The translations under genes and the position numbers were made by a program. From positions 12,394 through 76,393 of the forward strand of contig CAWDWZ010000005.1 in the NCBI GenBank assembly GCA_963806165.1: a stretch of DNA of 64,000 nt, given 5' to 3'. Each line of letters starts with the position of its first letter. Within the stretch, counting starts at the first letter, position 1. The DNA comes from Thermoanaerobaculia bacterium (GTDB lineage Bacteria; Acidobacteriota; Thermoanaerobaculia; Multivoradales; JAGPDF01). A model generated the notes under the pieces. That model did no database searches. It was given only the letters and a program-made list of their open reading frames with translations, and had not been told where the DNA came from. Positions 43,194 through 52,608 of the stretch are shown here, piece after piece.

Positions 43194-44062
43194 GCGCGCG
43201 GCGGGACGTCGTTCTGAGATCGGTCGCGCTGGCGGGGGCTCTATTCGCCTCTCCGCTCGTCGCGCCCGCCGGCGCAAGACTGATCGATGGCAAGGTCGCG
43301 CATCGTCCGGCCACCGATCCCGCGGTGGAGGTCGCGCGCCTCCGCCAGACTCCGGAGACGGTCTGGCTCGCCTGGTCGGTGCCGGCGCGCGGCGGGCATC
43401 AGGCGGGGGCGGTCTGCGGCTTCGGCCGCGGCAGAAACTGGGGGGTGACGCTCGGAGAGGAGGAGTCGAGCTGGGGAACCCGGGACGACCTCACGGCGGT
43501 CGGCGTCGGATCGTTGGAGATCTACGCCGCGGTCCGCGCGGGTGAAATCCGCCAGCTCCAGTTCGCCTCGGAAGGCTGCCCGGTGCGCGCCGGGGCACTT
43601 CCCGTCGTCTGGCTCGACGGCGTCACTCCGGCGGCGAGCATCGCGCTCTGTGCGCAGATCGCGGCCCGACGCGACGACTCCAAAGCCGCCGAGGAGCTCT
43701 CCGAGCGCGCCCTCGCCGGCCTCGCGCTGCATGCGGACCCGGAAGCGGCGCTGGCGCTCGTCCATCTCGTTCGTGAGAGCCGGGTGGACGAGCTCCGGTC
43801 GCAGTCGCTCTTCTGGCTCGCGCAGACCGGCGAGCCGCAGGTGGCGCGCTGGATCCGCGAAGCGATCGCGCGCGATCCTGCGCCGGCGGTGCGCGAGCAG
43901 GGCGTCTTCGCGCTCTCGCAGCTCGCCGACGCGACGCCCGAGCTGCTGGCGCTGCTGCGCGAGAGCGCCGATCGCGCCGTGCAGCGCCAGGCGATCTTCT
44001 GGCTCGGGCAGTCGGACGATCCGCGCGCCACCGCCGAGCTCGAGCGCCTGCTCACCCGCTGA
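43190..44062 (+). CDS. Exported HEAT-repeat protein, 290 aa
   Basis: GTGA overlap and signal peptide. 'LRSQSLFWLAQ','VREQGVFALSQL','QAIFWLGQSDDPRA'. Confidence 0.85.
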   Translation: MSARRDVVLRSVALAGALFASPLVAPAGARLIDGKVAHRPATDPAVEVARLRQTPETVWLAWSVPARGGHQAGAVCGFGRGRNWGVTLGEEESSWGTRDDLTAVGVGSLEIYAAVRAGEIRQLQFASEGCPVRAGALPVVWLDGVTPAASIALCAQIAARRDDSKAAEELSERALAGLALHADPEAALALVHLVRESRVDELRSQSLFWLAQTGEPQVARWIREAIARDPAPAVREQGVFALSQLADATPELLALLRESADRAVQRQAIFWLGQSDDPRATAELERLLTR

Positions 44063-44098
44063 CCGCGAGGCAAGCCCGGCCCGGATGCCGATCGCGCG

Positions 44099-44497
44099 TC
44101 ATCCGGGTCGCTTGGGCCGATCGCGCTCGCGGTCGACGATGCAGAGAAACCCGAGAGGCTCGCCGCGGTCGGCGCGGAACTGGTGGGCTTCGCCGGGGGC
44201 GACGTAGATGCAGTCGGCGGGTCCGATGGCGATCCGTTCCTCGCCCAGCTGCACCGTGCCGCACCCGCGCAGGACGACGACCGCGTGCGGATGCTGATGC
44301 TGCTCGAGGCTCGAGAAGCCGCCGGGCCCGACCTCGAAGTAGCGCGTGAGAAAGGCGAGCGCCTCCTCGCCGTCGCCTTCGCCGAGGAGGGTCTGCCGCG
44401 TGACGTCGCGAAAGAGCGCGCCGCCGTCCTTGTAGGGCTTGAGCGGCACGGGCCAGCGGAACTCCCGCGCCGCGAGAACCTTGGAGCGTTGGGTCAT
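44099..44497 (-). CDS. Cupin, probable MTXu-5-P methylsulfurylase type, 132 aa
   Basis: 'YK..FRDVTRQ..RYFEVGPGGFSSLEQHQHPH..HQFRA..PLGFLC.VDRERDRP'; translationally coupled to the RLP. Confidence 0.82.
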   Translation of the reverse strand: MTQRSKVLAAREFRWPVPLKPYKDGGALFRDVTRQTLLGEGDGEEALAFLTRYFEVGPGGFSSLEQHQHPHAVVVLRGCGTVQLGEERIAIGPADCIYVAPGEAHQFRADRGEPLGFLCIVDRERDRPKRPG

Positions 44498-45591
44498 TTC
44501 CGTCCTCCGGCCACGATGTGCGCGAGCTCGGCCGAAGCCGCGCGCAGGTCCGGCTTCGCCAGCAGGCTGCCGCCGACGAGAAAGATCGTGTCGTCTCCGT
44601 ACTCCGGCAAGAAGCGGCGAAGCCGCGCGCCGTCGATGCCGCCGCCGACCATGGCGAAGGCCGGACGCTGATCGCCGAGCGGCGCCTGAAGCCGCCGCTG
44701 GATCGCCCGGCAGTCGGCGATGGAAAACGGAAAGCGCCCGCCCGCGTTGGGGTAGATCACGACATCGCAGCCGGCGAGGCGGAAGAGGTCCCCGAGCAGG
44801 AGCTCGGGCGCGAATCCCTGGCCGGGCTGGACGAGGCCCCCGGCGAGCGCCGGATGGCCGAAGAGAGCGATGCCGGCGCTACAGGCGAGCGCGCGCACCG
44901 TGTCGAGGCCGAGGATCATCGGCGCGAGCATGGCCGCGCGCACGCCGGCCGCGGAGAGGTCGTCCAGACGATCGGCGAGGCGATCGACCGGGCCGGTGAG
45001 ATTCGGCACGTAGAGGCAGTGCCGGCCGGTCTGTCGATTGGCGCGCGCCACGTGCTCGGCGACGGCGAGCACGCGCTCGCGAAACGGCGCCGCGGCCTGG
45101 TCGGCCAGGGAGTGATCGTCTTTGACGATGTCGAGGCCGCCCAGCGCGCAATCGGCGGCGAGGCGCGCAAGCTCCCGGGGTGCGAGGCCTACGGGCTTGA
45201 TCGCCGCCGCGACGAGCGGACGCCCGGCGACGCCGGTGAGCTCACGCAGCCCGGCGACGCCGAATTGCGGCCCGGGAAAGCGCCGCAGGAGATCTTCCGG
45301 CCACTGGATCGCAGTGATCCGAATACCGCGCTGGAGCGCGATGTTGCCGTAGAGGAGGTTCAGCAACTGGGGCAGGTCGGAGACCAGCGCGCGCCAGGGA
45401 TAGTCGATCGTGGCCCGGGCGCGGCGCGGTCCCGTCTTCTCCACCCGCGCGACGACACCGATCGTCCGCCGCTCGACGTCGGGCGGGGCGACGCCGGGGG
45501 GGATCTCGACCGTCTGCTCGCGCGCGATGGCCAGCGCCTTGCCGCGCGGCGTCTCGCCCGCCGCCAGCGCGAGCTCGTAGCGGACCCGCAA
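44494..45591 (-). CDS. RuBisCO-like protein (form IV), start approximate
   Basis: 'IAREQTVE','QLLNLLYGN','GPQFGVAGLR','AIKPVG','GLDIVKDDHSL','YVPNLTG','HPALAG','GGSL'. Confidence 0.9.
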   Translation of the reverse strand: MRVRYELALAAGETPRGKALAIAREQTVEIPPGVAPPDVERRTIGVVARVEKTGPRRARATIDYPWRALVSDLPQLLNLLYGNIALQRGIRITAIQWPEDLLRRFPGPQFGVAGLRELTGVAGRPLVAAAIKPVGLAPRELARLAADCALGGLDIVKDDHSLADQAAAPFRERVLAVAEHVARANRQTGRHCLYVPNLTGPVDRLADRLDDLSAAGVRAAMLAPMILGLDTVRALACSAGIALFGHPALAGGLVQPGQGFAPELLLGDLFRLAGCDVVIYPNAGGRFPFSIADCRAIQRRLQAPLGDQRPAFAMVGGGIDGARLRRFLPEYGDDTIFLVGGSLLAKPDLRAASAELAHIVAGGRK

Positions 45592-45620
45592 CCGTTCGGA
45601 GGTCGGATGCGCGGGCAGAC

Positions 45621-47413
45621 TCAGTGCGTCCCCGCTTGCGCGTCCGTCCTGGCCCGCAGGCTTTCGGCGATGTAGCCGTCGATCTGGCGTTCGAGCGCCG
45701 GCAGCGAGAGCGCGCCGTTCTTCAGCACCGCGTCGTGAAAGTCGCGCACGTCGAACGCCGGACCGAGCGCCTGCTCGGCGCGCGCGCGCAGCTCGCGGAT
45801 CTTCATGAAGCCGAGGTAGTAGCACAACGCCTGCCCCGGCCAGGAGATGTAGCGGTCGACCTCGGTCGTGACCTCGTGCAGCGGCAGCGTGGTGTTCGCG
45901 GCGAGATAGTCGATCGCCCGCTCGCGGCTCCAACCGAGCGCATGGATCCCGGTGTCGACGACCAACCGCGCGGCCCGCCAGGCTTCGTAGCCCAGCCTGC
46001 CGAAGTCGCGATACGGGTCGGTGTAGAAGCCGGCTTCCTTCCCGAGCCACTCGCTGTAGAGCCCCCAGCCCTCGCCGAAAGCATCGACGTAGAGGAAGCG
46101 GCGGAATTGCGGCAAGCCCTCGATCTCCTGCGCGAGGGCGCCCTGCAGATGATGTCCGGGCACCGCTTCGTGCAGGGTCAGGGCTTCGAGGTTGTAGAGC
46201 GGCCGCTTGTCGAGGGCGTAGGTGTTGACCCAGTACCAGCCCGGTTGCGTTCCGCCCGACCGGCGCCGGCACGTAGCGCCCGCTGGTGTATTTCGGCGCG
46301 ATCGCCGTCGGGCACCGGAGCGACGCCGTACGGCTGGCGCGGCAGATGGCGGAAGAGGCTCGGGAGCTTGCCGTCCATCCGCTTGGCGATGTACGAGGCC
46401 TCCTTGAGGAGCTCCTCCGGCGTCTTCGCGTAGAAGCGCGGGTCGGTGCGCAGGAACTGCAGGAAGGCGGCGAAGTCGCCGCTGAAGCCGGTCTTCCTCA
46501 TCACGCCATCCATCTCACTGCGAATGCGCGCCACCTGCGCGAGCCCGAGCTCGTGGATCGCCTCCGGCGTCAGGTCGAGCGTCGTGAAGTGCCGGATGAG
46601 GTAGCGGTAGTACTCCCGCCCGTCGGGCAGATCGGCGGCAGCGATCGTCTTGCGGCTCCCCGGCAGGTACTCGCCCTGGAGAAAATCGCGCAAGCGCCGA
46701 AACGCGGGAATGACCGCCTCGCTGACGGCCTTCCTGCCGGCGGCCTCGAGACGCGCGCGGTCGACGACGCTGAAGGTCGCCGGAAAGGCCGCGAATGGTT
46801 TGTAGAGGACGCTCTCCTCCGGGCGCGCGACCACGTACGCCGCGGCCGTGGCGTCGACCCCGGCGATCGCCACCCGCGGCGGCGTCATGCCGCGCGCGAG
46901 GCCGGTGCGCATGAGCGCGATCTCTTCGTCGAAGGCGCGCGGAAACTCGAGCAGCCGCGCGAGGTAGTTCTCGTAGTCCGCGACGCTCGCGAGCGGTACC
47001 TGATCGGGGAGCTGCGCGAGCTCGGTGTGGAAGCCGGAGTCGGCGTTCAGAGCCAGCTGCTCCTCGCCGTACTTCCGGGAGTCCAGGCGGTCCGCGAGCT
47101 CGGTGCCGAAGAGGTCGTAGCTCACCTGATCGGTCGGCGGCAGCAGCGCGCGGTCGATCTTGCCCAGCGCGAGAGCGAAGGCGCGCGTCTCGCGCTCGCG
47201 GCGTGCGAGGTCGGCTTCGGTCATCCCCGGCAAGCGGTCGTCGGTCGCATGCTCGCCGACATAAGTCGCGAACAGCGGATTCTCCGCGAGGTAGACGAGC
47301 CACTCGCGATCGACGAGCTCGTGAAAGCGCGTGGCCTCGTCGGCGCGCGCGGATCCGGTGGCGAGCGTCGAGGTCATCAACGTGCAGAGAACGAGCGCGG
47401 ACGATCGTCGCAT
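45621..47413 (-). CDS. DUF885 family secreted metallopeptidase-like protein, with two apparent 1-nt insertions
   Basis: Signal peptide. After removing an extra G at ~46305 and ~46255 it reads 'PVPDAIAPKYTSGRY..GWYWVNTY..LHEAVPGHHLQ..EGWGLYSE..RAARLVVDTGIH..EVDRYISWPGQA'. Confidence 0.85.
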
Positions 47414-47458
47414 GGGCTTTCTCCTCGCAAGCCCATGATGCTAGCTCAGCCGGCCAGC

Positions 47459-47497
47459 GGAGCCTTCAGCCGGCGAGTGGAGCCTTCAGCCGGCGAG
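47459..47497. repeat. Tandem 19-bp direct repeat GGAGCCTTCAGCCGGCGAG (period 20)
   Basis: Two exact copies overlapping the VIT1 stop codon. Confidence 0.75.
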
Positions 47498-48622
47498 AGA
47501 GACTCCGATCAGATGCCCGACACCGTAGGTCAGAGCGGCGGCGACGAGGCCGAAGAGGAGCTGGCGGAAGCCCGAGAACCAGACGCTCCGGCCAGTCATC
47601 AGGGTGATCAGTGCGCCGATGCCGAAGAGGCCGAAGGCGCTCGCCACGACACTCGTCCAGAGCGCCGCCTGTCCCGCGAGCAGCCCGTACGGAATCACCG
47701 GAATCACGGCGCCGATGGCAAACAGTACGAACGAGGTGATCGCCGCGACCCAAGCCGAGCCGCCGAGCTCTTTCGGATCGACCCCGAGCTCCTCCATCGC
47801 CAGGGTGTTCACGGCGCGCGCCGGATCGGCGATCAACTGCGCGGCGATCTTCTGCGCCGCCTCCTCGTCGAGCCCCTTGGCGCGATAGATGAGCTCGAGC
47901 TCGCGCTGCTCCTCCTCCGGATCGGCTTCGAGCTCGGCGCGCTCGATCTCGATCTGATGCTTGAAGAGCTCGCGCGCGCTCTGCACCGAGAGCCATTCGC
48001 CGAGCGCCATCGAGCCCGCGCCGGCGAGGAGCCCCGCGAGCCCGGTGACCAGGATCGAGCTGCCCGAAAGCTCGGCGCCGGCGACGCCCATGACGAGGGA
48101 GAGGTTCGACACCAGGCCGTCGTTCGCGCCCAGCACCGCGGCGCGCAGGGCGTTGCCGCCCGCGGCCCGGTGCCGGCCCTCGAGCTGGGCGAGGGCACCG
48201 CCCTCCATTCCGCCAGTGCCCTTGGTCGCGATTACCGAAAGAAGCCGGGCGTGCGAACGCTCGTCGCCGGCCAGCGCCGGTGCGGCGGCGATCCCCGGCG
48301 CGCCGGCGGCGTAGCCGGCGCTGTCGATCTTTTCGCGCTCGGCGATCGTCGGCAGGATGAGATCGGCGCCGAAGCGCTTGGCGAGCGCGATCATCAGCCG
48401 CGTACGCCAGCCGATCGAGGGATCGGGCCGGCGGTCCCCCGCTTCGGCGAGCTGCTTGCGCCAGCGCGCGGCGTGGCGATCCTCGCTCTCCGACATGCGG
48501 AGGTAGACCTCTTTCAACTCCGGCCGGCTCTCGAGCCCGGAGAGCGCGCCATACAGCGCCACCCCCTCGAGCTCGCCCTTGAGCAGCTTGCGGATCCCGT
48601 CGACGTTCGCCGAGTCGCCCAT
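47486..48622 (-). CDS. VIT1/CCC1 iron transporter with an N-terminal ferritin/rubrerythrin-like domain, 378 aa
   Basis: N-terminal 'GELEGVALY..ESEDRHA..DERSHA'. VIT1 'LRAAVLGANDGLVSN..AGAGSMALGEWLSV'. Confidence 0.9.
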   Translation of the reverse strand: MGDSANVDGIRKLLKGELEGVALYGALSGLESRPELKEVYLRMSESEDRHAARWRKQLAEAGDRRPDPSIGWRTRLMIALAKRFGADLILPTIAEREKIDSAGYAAGAPGIAAAPALAGDERSHARLLSVIATKGTGGMEGGALAQLEGRHRAAGGNALRAAVLGANDGLVSNLSLVMGVAGAELSGSSILVTGLAGLLAGAGSMALGEWLSVQSARELFKHQIEIERAELEADPEEEQRELELIYRAKGLDEEAAQKIAAQLIADPARAVNTLAMEELGVDPKELGGSAWVAAITSFVLFAIGAVIPVIPYGLLAGQAALWTSVVASAFGLFGIGALITLMTGRSVWFSGFRQLLFGLVAAALTYGVGHLIGVSLAG

Positions 48623-48766
48623 GCTGCCAGTGTACGCCCCGCCCGGAAGCGCCTCCCACCCCGCCGGGTTGCGCTCGAGCTGTGCTCAAAGCGCCACGTC
48701 GAACTCAGCCTCTGTCGAGGAGCGGTGCCCGCTTCGCGAATGGACGCAGCCCAGCCTTCGACTCAG

Positions 48767-48789
48767 TGGTACAATCTTACCAGTAAGAT
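48767..48789 (+). promoter_or_regulatory. TA operon extended -10 (TG-G-TACAAT) overlapped by operator palindrome ATCTTAC-CA-GTAAGAT
   Basis: Perfect 7-bp inverted repeat at 48774-48789, between the -10 box and the GGAGG RBS. Confidence 0.7.
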
Positions 48790-48799
48790 AGGAGGCGCC

Positions 48800-49063
48800 A
48801 TGGAATCGCTCGCTACCACCCGACTCTCGTCCAAGGGCCAGGTCGTCATTCCGGAGGAGATCCGCCGGCGTCTGGGACTCACGGCGGGTACGCAGTTCGT
48901 GGTCGTCGGGGACGGCGATGTCGTGATCCTCAAGTCGATCGCGGCGCCCGCCATGCGGGAGTTCGACGAGCTCGTGCGGAGCGCCCGCGGCGCAGCGCGG
49001 AAGGCGGGCATGAAGCCGGTGGACGTGAAGCGAGCCGTAGCCAAGACCCGCTCGCGCCGGTGA
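48800..49063 (+). CDS. AbrB/MazE/SpoVT-family antitoxin, 87 aa
   Basis: 'TTRLSSKGQVVIPEEIRRRLGL..GTQF'; GGAGG RBS. Confidence 0.92.
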   Translation: MESLATTRLSSKGQVVIPEEIRRRLGLTAGTQFVVVGDGDVVILKSIAAPAMREFDELVRSARGAARKAGMKPVDVKRAVAKTRSRR

Positions 49064-49746
49064 GAATCATCCTCGACACCAACGTCTTGGTTTCCGGGGT
49101 CTTCTTCGGCGGTGTTCCGGGACGAATCCTCGACGCATGGCGCGACGCTCGCATCCAGTTGGTGCTTTCCGCGGAGATCCTGGACGAGTACCAGCGTGTC
49201 GGCCAGGAGCTCGGCACGCAGTATGCCGGGGTGACGCTCGAGCCCTTCCTGGGACTTCTCGCGATCGCAGCCGAGTTCGTCGAAGCACCGGCGCTGTCCG
49301 AGCCCGTCTCCTCCGATCCGGACGACGACAAGTTCTTGGCTTGTGCCGCCGCTGCGGGAGTCACCGTGGTCATATCGGGAGACAAGGACTTGCTCGAACT
49401 ATCGGGCTGGCAAAACATCCGGGTACTTCGGCCTCGACAATTCGCTGACGAGTTCCTGGCAAGGGAGTCAGGAACTCCGGACCTTCCAGCTGCGGTCGAC
49501 GGTTCGCGACCCTTCCGCACCACCCGCTTCAAACCCGCACGGCTGCCGCCGGAGACCCTAGAAACTCGCCTGGCACGTTGTCGGGCTGCCGCCGCTACAC
49601 CGTGCGCGGAAGTGGCTTCGGCGAGGGTAGGATCGCAGCTTCTCTCTGTCCGGAAGGAGTTGCCATGCCGCTCTCGCTCGGAGCGCTCGACGCCAGAATC
49701 GCCGCCACAACCGATGTACCCCTTAGGGACATCTTCACTAACCTAA
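49060..49746 (+). CDS. PIN-domain (VapC-like) toxin with an atypical C-terminal extension
   Basis: 'RIILDTNVLVS','DPDDDKFLACA','ISGDKDLL'; GTGA coupling to the antitoxin. Confidence 0.88.
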   Translation: MRIILDTNVLVSGVFFGGVPGRILDAWRDARIQLVLSAEILDEYQRVGQELGTQYAGVTLEPFLGLLAIAAEFVEAPALSEPVSSDPDDDKFLACAAAAGVTVVISGDKDLLELSGWQNIRVLRPRQFADEFLARESGTPDLPAAVDGSRPFRTTRFKPARLPPETLETRLARCRAAAATPCAEVASARVGSQLLSVRKELPCRSRSERSTPESPPQPMYPLGTSSLT

Positions 49747-50084
49747 GGCACCTCCGAACCCAAGGTGGGCTCTCTTCGACTAGCGCGGAAAGTCCTCTCA
49801 GCGAATTGACCGACGCCGAACTCATGATGCTCTCGGGGCACGCCATTCAGTCAGGAGCGGATCGAAGAGGAACGGGCGAGATACTGCGGCAAGAAAGTAC
49901 GATTCGCGATCGTTTGCAGCTTTCAGAATCGATCCGGATCTCGCGCGGCACACCCGATAGCGCGCGGGCCTCGGCGTCTGCGTCCACAACGGCCGCAGAG
50001 AGCGGGCGGACTGCTGCCTTCTGGGCCATGGTGGCAGCGCTGTCTAACGTCGCAATCGCGGTTCTCACGGTCTGCCGTGGCTAG
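49665..50084 (+). CDS. Hypothetical protein with a C-terminal TM helix, 139 aa
   Basis: AAGGAG RBS before ATG 49665; hydrophobic C-terminus 'AAFWAMVAALSNVAIAVLTV'. Confidence 0.55.
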   Translation: MPLSLGALDARIAATTDVPLRDIFTNLRHLRTQGGLSSTSAESPLSELTDAELMMLSGHAIQSGADRRGTGEILRQESTIRDRLQLSESIRISRGTPDSARASASASTTAAESGRTAAFWAMVAALSNVAIAVLTVCRG

Positions 50085-50120
50085 CAGAGCACTTCTCGAA
50101 GTCTTCTTCCTCGCGGCTGG

Positions 50121-50828
50121 CTACTCGGCGCCATCGCCGGGAGTGTCCTTCTGCGGCCCGACACAGAAGGCGAGATTGTCCGTGCCTGGCACGTATAGGA
50201 GACAGACGGGATACACCCGTTCGGCTTCTGAGAACTCGTCTTTGTAGACGATCTCCCTCCGCACCAAGAACCGCTTCGTTCCACTCTTGATCTCGCTCAA
50301 CAGCTCTTCGGAAATTCTGTCCCGGAAGATCAGTCTGAACGTCGCGTCCTGCCCCGGACCGACCATGCTTCCGGGCGGAAGGTCTTCCACGATCGAGGTC
50401 GATGGAGTGTCTTCTGGCGACCCGGCCAGCACTCGAGTCATGAGGTTCGTGGCCGGATTTCTGCCCGTATTCGTCACGGTCAGGTCAACAATTGTCTCCG
50501 CCGGCGAGAACTTCGGCATCCTCGCTGACCGCACCCACACCCACGGCCGGTTGCTCAACTCGACAGACCTTGCCTGCAACCGGTTGCTCTCCGCGACGCT
50601 GCTGAGCTGAAAGAACACTGCGACGAGTCCGATAAATGAAACGCCGACCATTGCCCAATTCGCCCGCGCGCTGGCCCTCGCCCACCTCACCGTTTCGCGG
50701 TGCAGCGCGTGAGACCCGGACTCGCCATCTTGTCCTCGGCTCGCAGCGCTGGAAGGCCCGACGGGGTGCGCGAACCTGCTCGGCGATTCTGCTCGCCTCT
50801 CGGTCGGGGGCGGTCGTTTCCTCTTCAC
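50121..50828 (-). CDS. Hypothetical single-TM protein with a small Ig-like C-domain (start uncertain)
   Basis: TM 'WAMVGVSFIGLVAVFFQL', then 'NRPWVWV..LTVTNTGRNPA..IVYKDEF'. Confidence 0.6.
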   Translation of the reverse strand: MKRKRPPPTERRAESPSRFAHPVGPSSAASRGQDGESGSHALHRETVRWARASARANWAMVGVSFIGLVAVFFQLSSVAESNRLQARSVELSNRPWVWVRSARMPKFSPAETIVDLTVTNTGRNPATNLMTRVLAGSPEDTPSTSIVEDLPPGSMVGPGQDATFRLIFRDRISEELLSEIKSGTKRFLVRREIVYKDEFSEAERVYPVCLLYVPGTDNLAFCVGPQKDTPGDGAE

Positions 50829-51118
50829 CTATTGATCCTACAGCTGGCCATTCTCACGCGAGGCGCGAGTGCCGGCAGCAGAAGAAGACCCGCCCTCGGG
50901 TGTGGACCGGCCCACGCCAAAAAGCGCAGGGCGGGGCATGGTACCGAGCCGGAAATTCGCCTGGCACCTTGTCGGCGCACTCAAGTCGCCATCGTCGTCG
51001 CCCTGAACCTCCACGAGCGGGCGAATAGTGGGCGTAACGTCACCGAGAATGCGCCTGCTGGCTCCATCGAGCGCGCTTGGTGAAGACCGAAGTCGTGTTA
51101 CCTTCCCAGTCAACAGCC

Positions 51119-52111
51119 ATGATCGACCATCCGACGCTCTTCGTGATGGGAGCCGGAGCAAGCAAGCCGTACGGCTTCCCGTCAGCCTTCGGTCTACTTC
51201 AAGAGGTCTTTAGATCGCTTCAGCGTGTAGAGGATCGCAAAGCGCTGAGTTATATCGGCTTTACCGACATCGACCAGATGCAATCACTGATGAAGGACCT
51301 GACCGAGTCGGGATTCAACTCCGTCGACGAGTTTCTAGAAACCCGAACCGAGTTCCTGGAGCTCGGTCGCGCTGCCATTGTTCTCTGTATCGCACGGCTT
51401 GAGAGAGATCAGAACTTCTTCAAAGACTCTGACGTACCCGGTGGGCCGAGTGACGATCCTTACCGGCATATCCTGAGAGCTCTATGGGATCCGACATCAA
51501 GAACCCTTTCCAGTGGTCAAGCCGCCTTCGTGACGTTCAACTACGATCGCTCTCTCGAACACTACCTTGCCTCGGCGCTTCGCAGCCGACGCAGTTGCAC
51601 GTACGCGGAGGCCTTGGAAGACCTAGCGAAGATTCCGATCATTCATGTCTACGGGTCTCTGGGTCCTCTCAGCCCATCGAGTGGAGGCTGGGACAGCTTC
51701 CGGCCCTTCGGAGCAAATTGGCAAGAACCTGGTTATAACCAACTCTCGGCCAAGTCTCTTCGACTCATCGGAGAACATCGCGGCGAGGCGGCGAACGCCC
51801 CCGAGCCGGGAAGTCCAAGAGAGACCGCTTCTCGCCTGGTGGCGTCAAGGAATCGAATCATTTTCCTCGGCTTCGGATACGACGCGGCAAATCTTGCGCG
51901 TATCAGACCGGCCACCCGAACTGATGAACCACAAATCTTTGGCACAACGGCCGGATTGAAGCTCCGTGAGAGGTCCGATGCCATCAACCGTCTCTCTACT
52001 TGGGGTGAGTACAATCCGAAATTGCGAGGAGCTCTGCGCTGCAGCCACGTTCGGCTCTGCGAAGACGGACTACTCTCCGAAGAGTATCTTCGGAAGAACA
52101 TCCGCTTGTGA
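51119..52111 (+). CDS. SIR2-like domain protein, ~330 aa
   Basis: 'LFVMGAGASKPYGFP','FVTFNYDRSLE','IIHVYGSL','IIFLGFGYDAANL'. Confidence 0.82.
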   Translation: MIDHPTLFVMGAGASKPYGFPSAFGLLQEVFRSLQRVEDRKALSYIGFTDIDQMQSLMKDLTESGFNSVDEFLETRTEFLELGRAAIVLCIARLERDQNFFKDSDVPGGPSDDPYRHILRALWDPTSRTLSSGQAAFVTFNYDRSLEHYLASALRSRRSCTYAEALEDLAKIPIIHVYGSLGPLSPSSGGWDSFRPFGANWQEPGYNQLSAKSLRLIGEHRGEAANAPEPGSPRETASRLVASRNRIIFLGFGYDAANLARIRPATRTDEPQIFGTTAGLKLRERSDAINRLSTWGEYNPKLRGALRCSHVRLCEDGLLSEEYLRKNIRL

Positions 52112-52608
52112 GCACCATCGGGCATTCCCGCACTGGCCCCTCGCGACTTCCAGGGCACGGATTGCATCACAACTAAACGCTCCATCCTTCGTTTCAACCC
52201 ACGATACCTATTTGCACGCGAACGCTGATTTGCATGCCGACCCGCAGGTGAAGCGCGCGATCATGTTCGCTTTCTTGCTTGCTCTGCCTCTCGGGATACT
52301 GGTAAAGGACCCGAAGGTTGATTGGGCCAATTTCGTAGCCGGCCGCGGTGCAGTGCTCAAGCAGGACCTTCCGACCTTGGCCCCTAAGAACATCGGTTTG
52401 GCCAACGCCGCTGTCCAAGGACCTCCATGAGCGCGAGGTAATAGAGGGACAATTGGGGCAGGTTCTGAGCGGAAGGCCCCCCAGAACAGTTGCTGTCTCT
52501 GTTTCACGCGCTGCGCGCGACGGTGGATGCGTCAGGACACTCAGGGGTTCGGACCGGGCGCCAGGAGCGGCGGGCGCGATGCCTTCGCGTAGAATTGGCT
52601 TGTAAACC

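Noticed and set aside
44494-45591. CO2-fixing RuBisCO
   Set aside because: KDDH instead of KDDE, short length, and no small subunit or prk nearby: form IV RLP.
46286-49063. 925-aa plus-strand ORF
   Set aside because: Only the last 87 codons (AbrB, with its own RBS) are real; the rest is antisense to DUF885 and VIT1.
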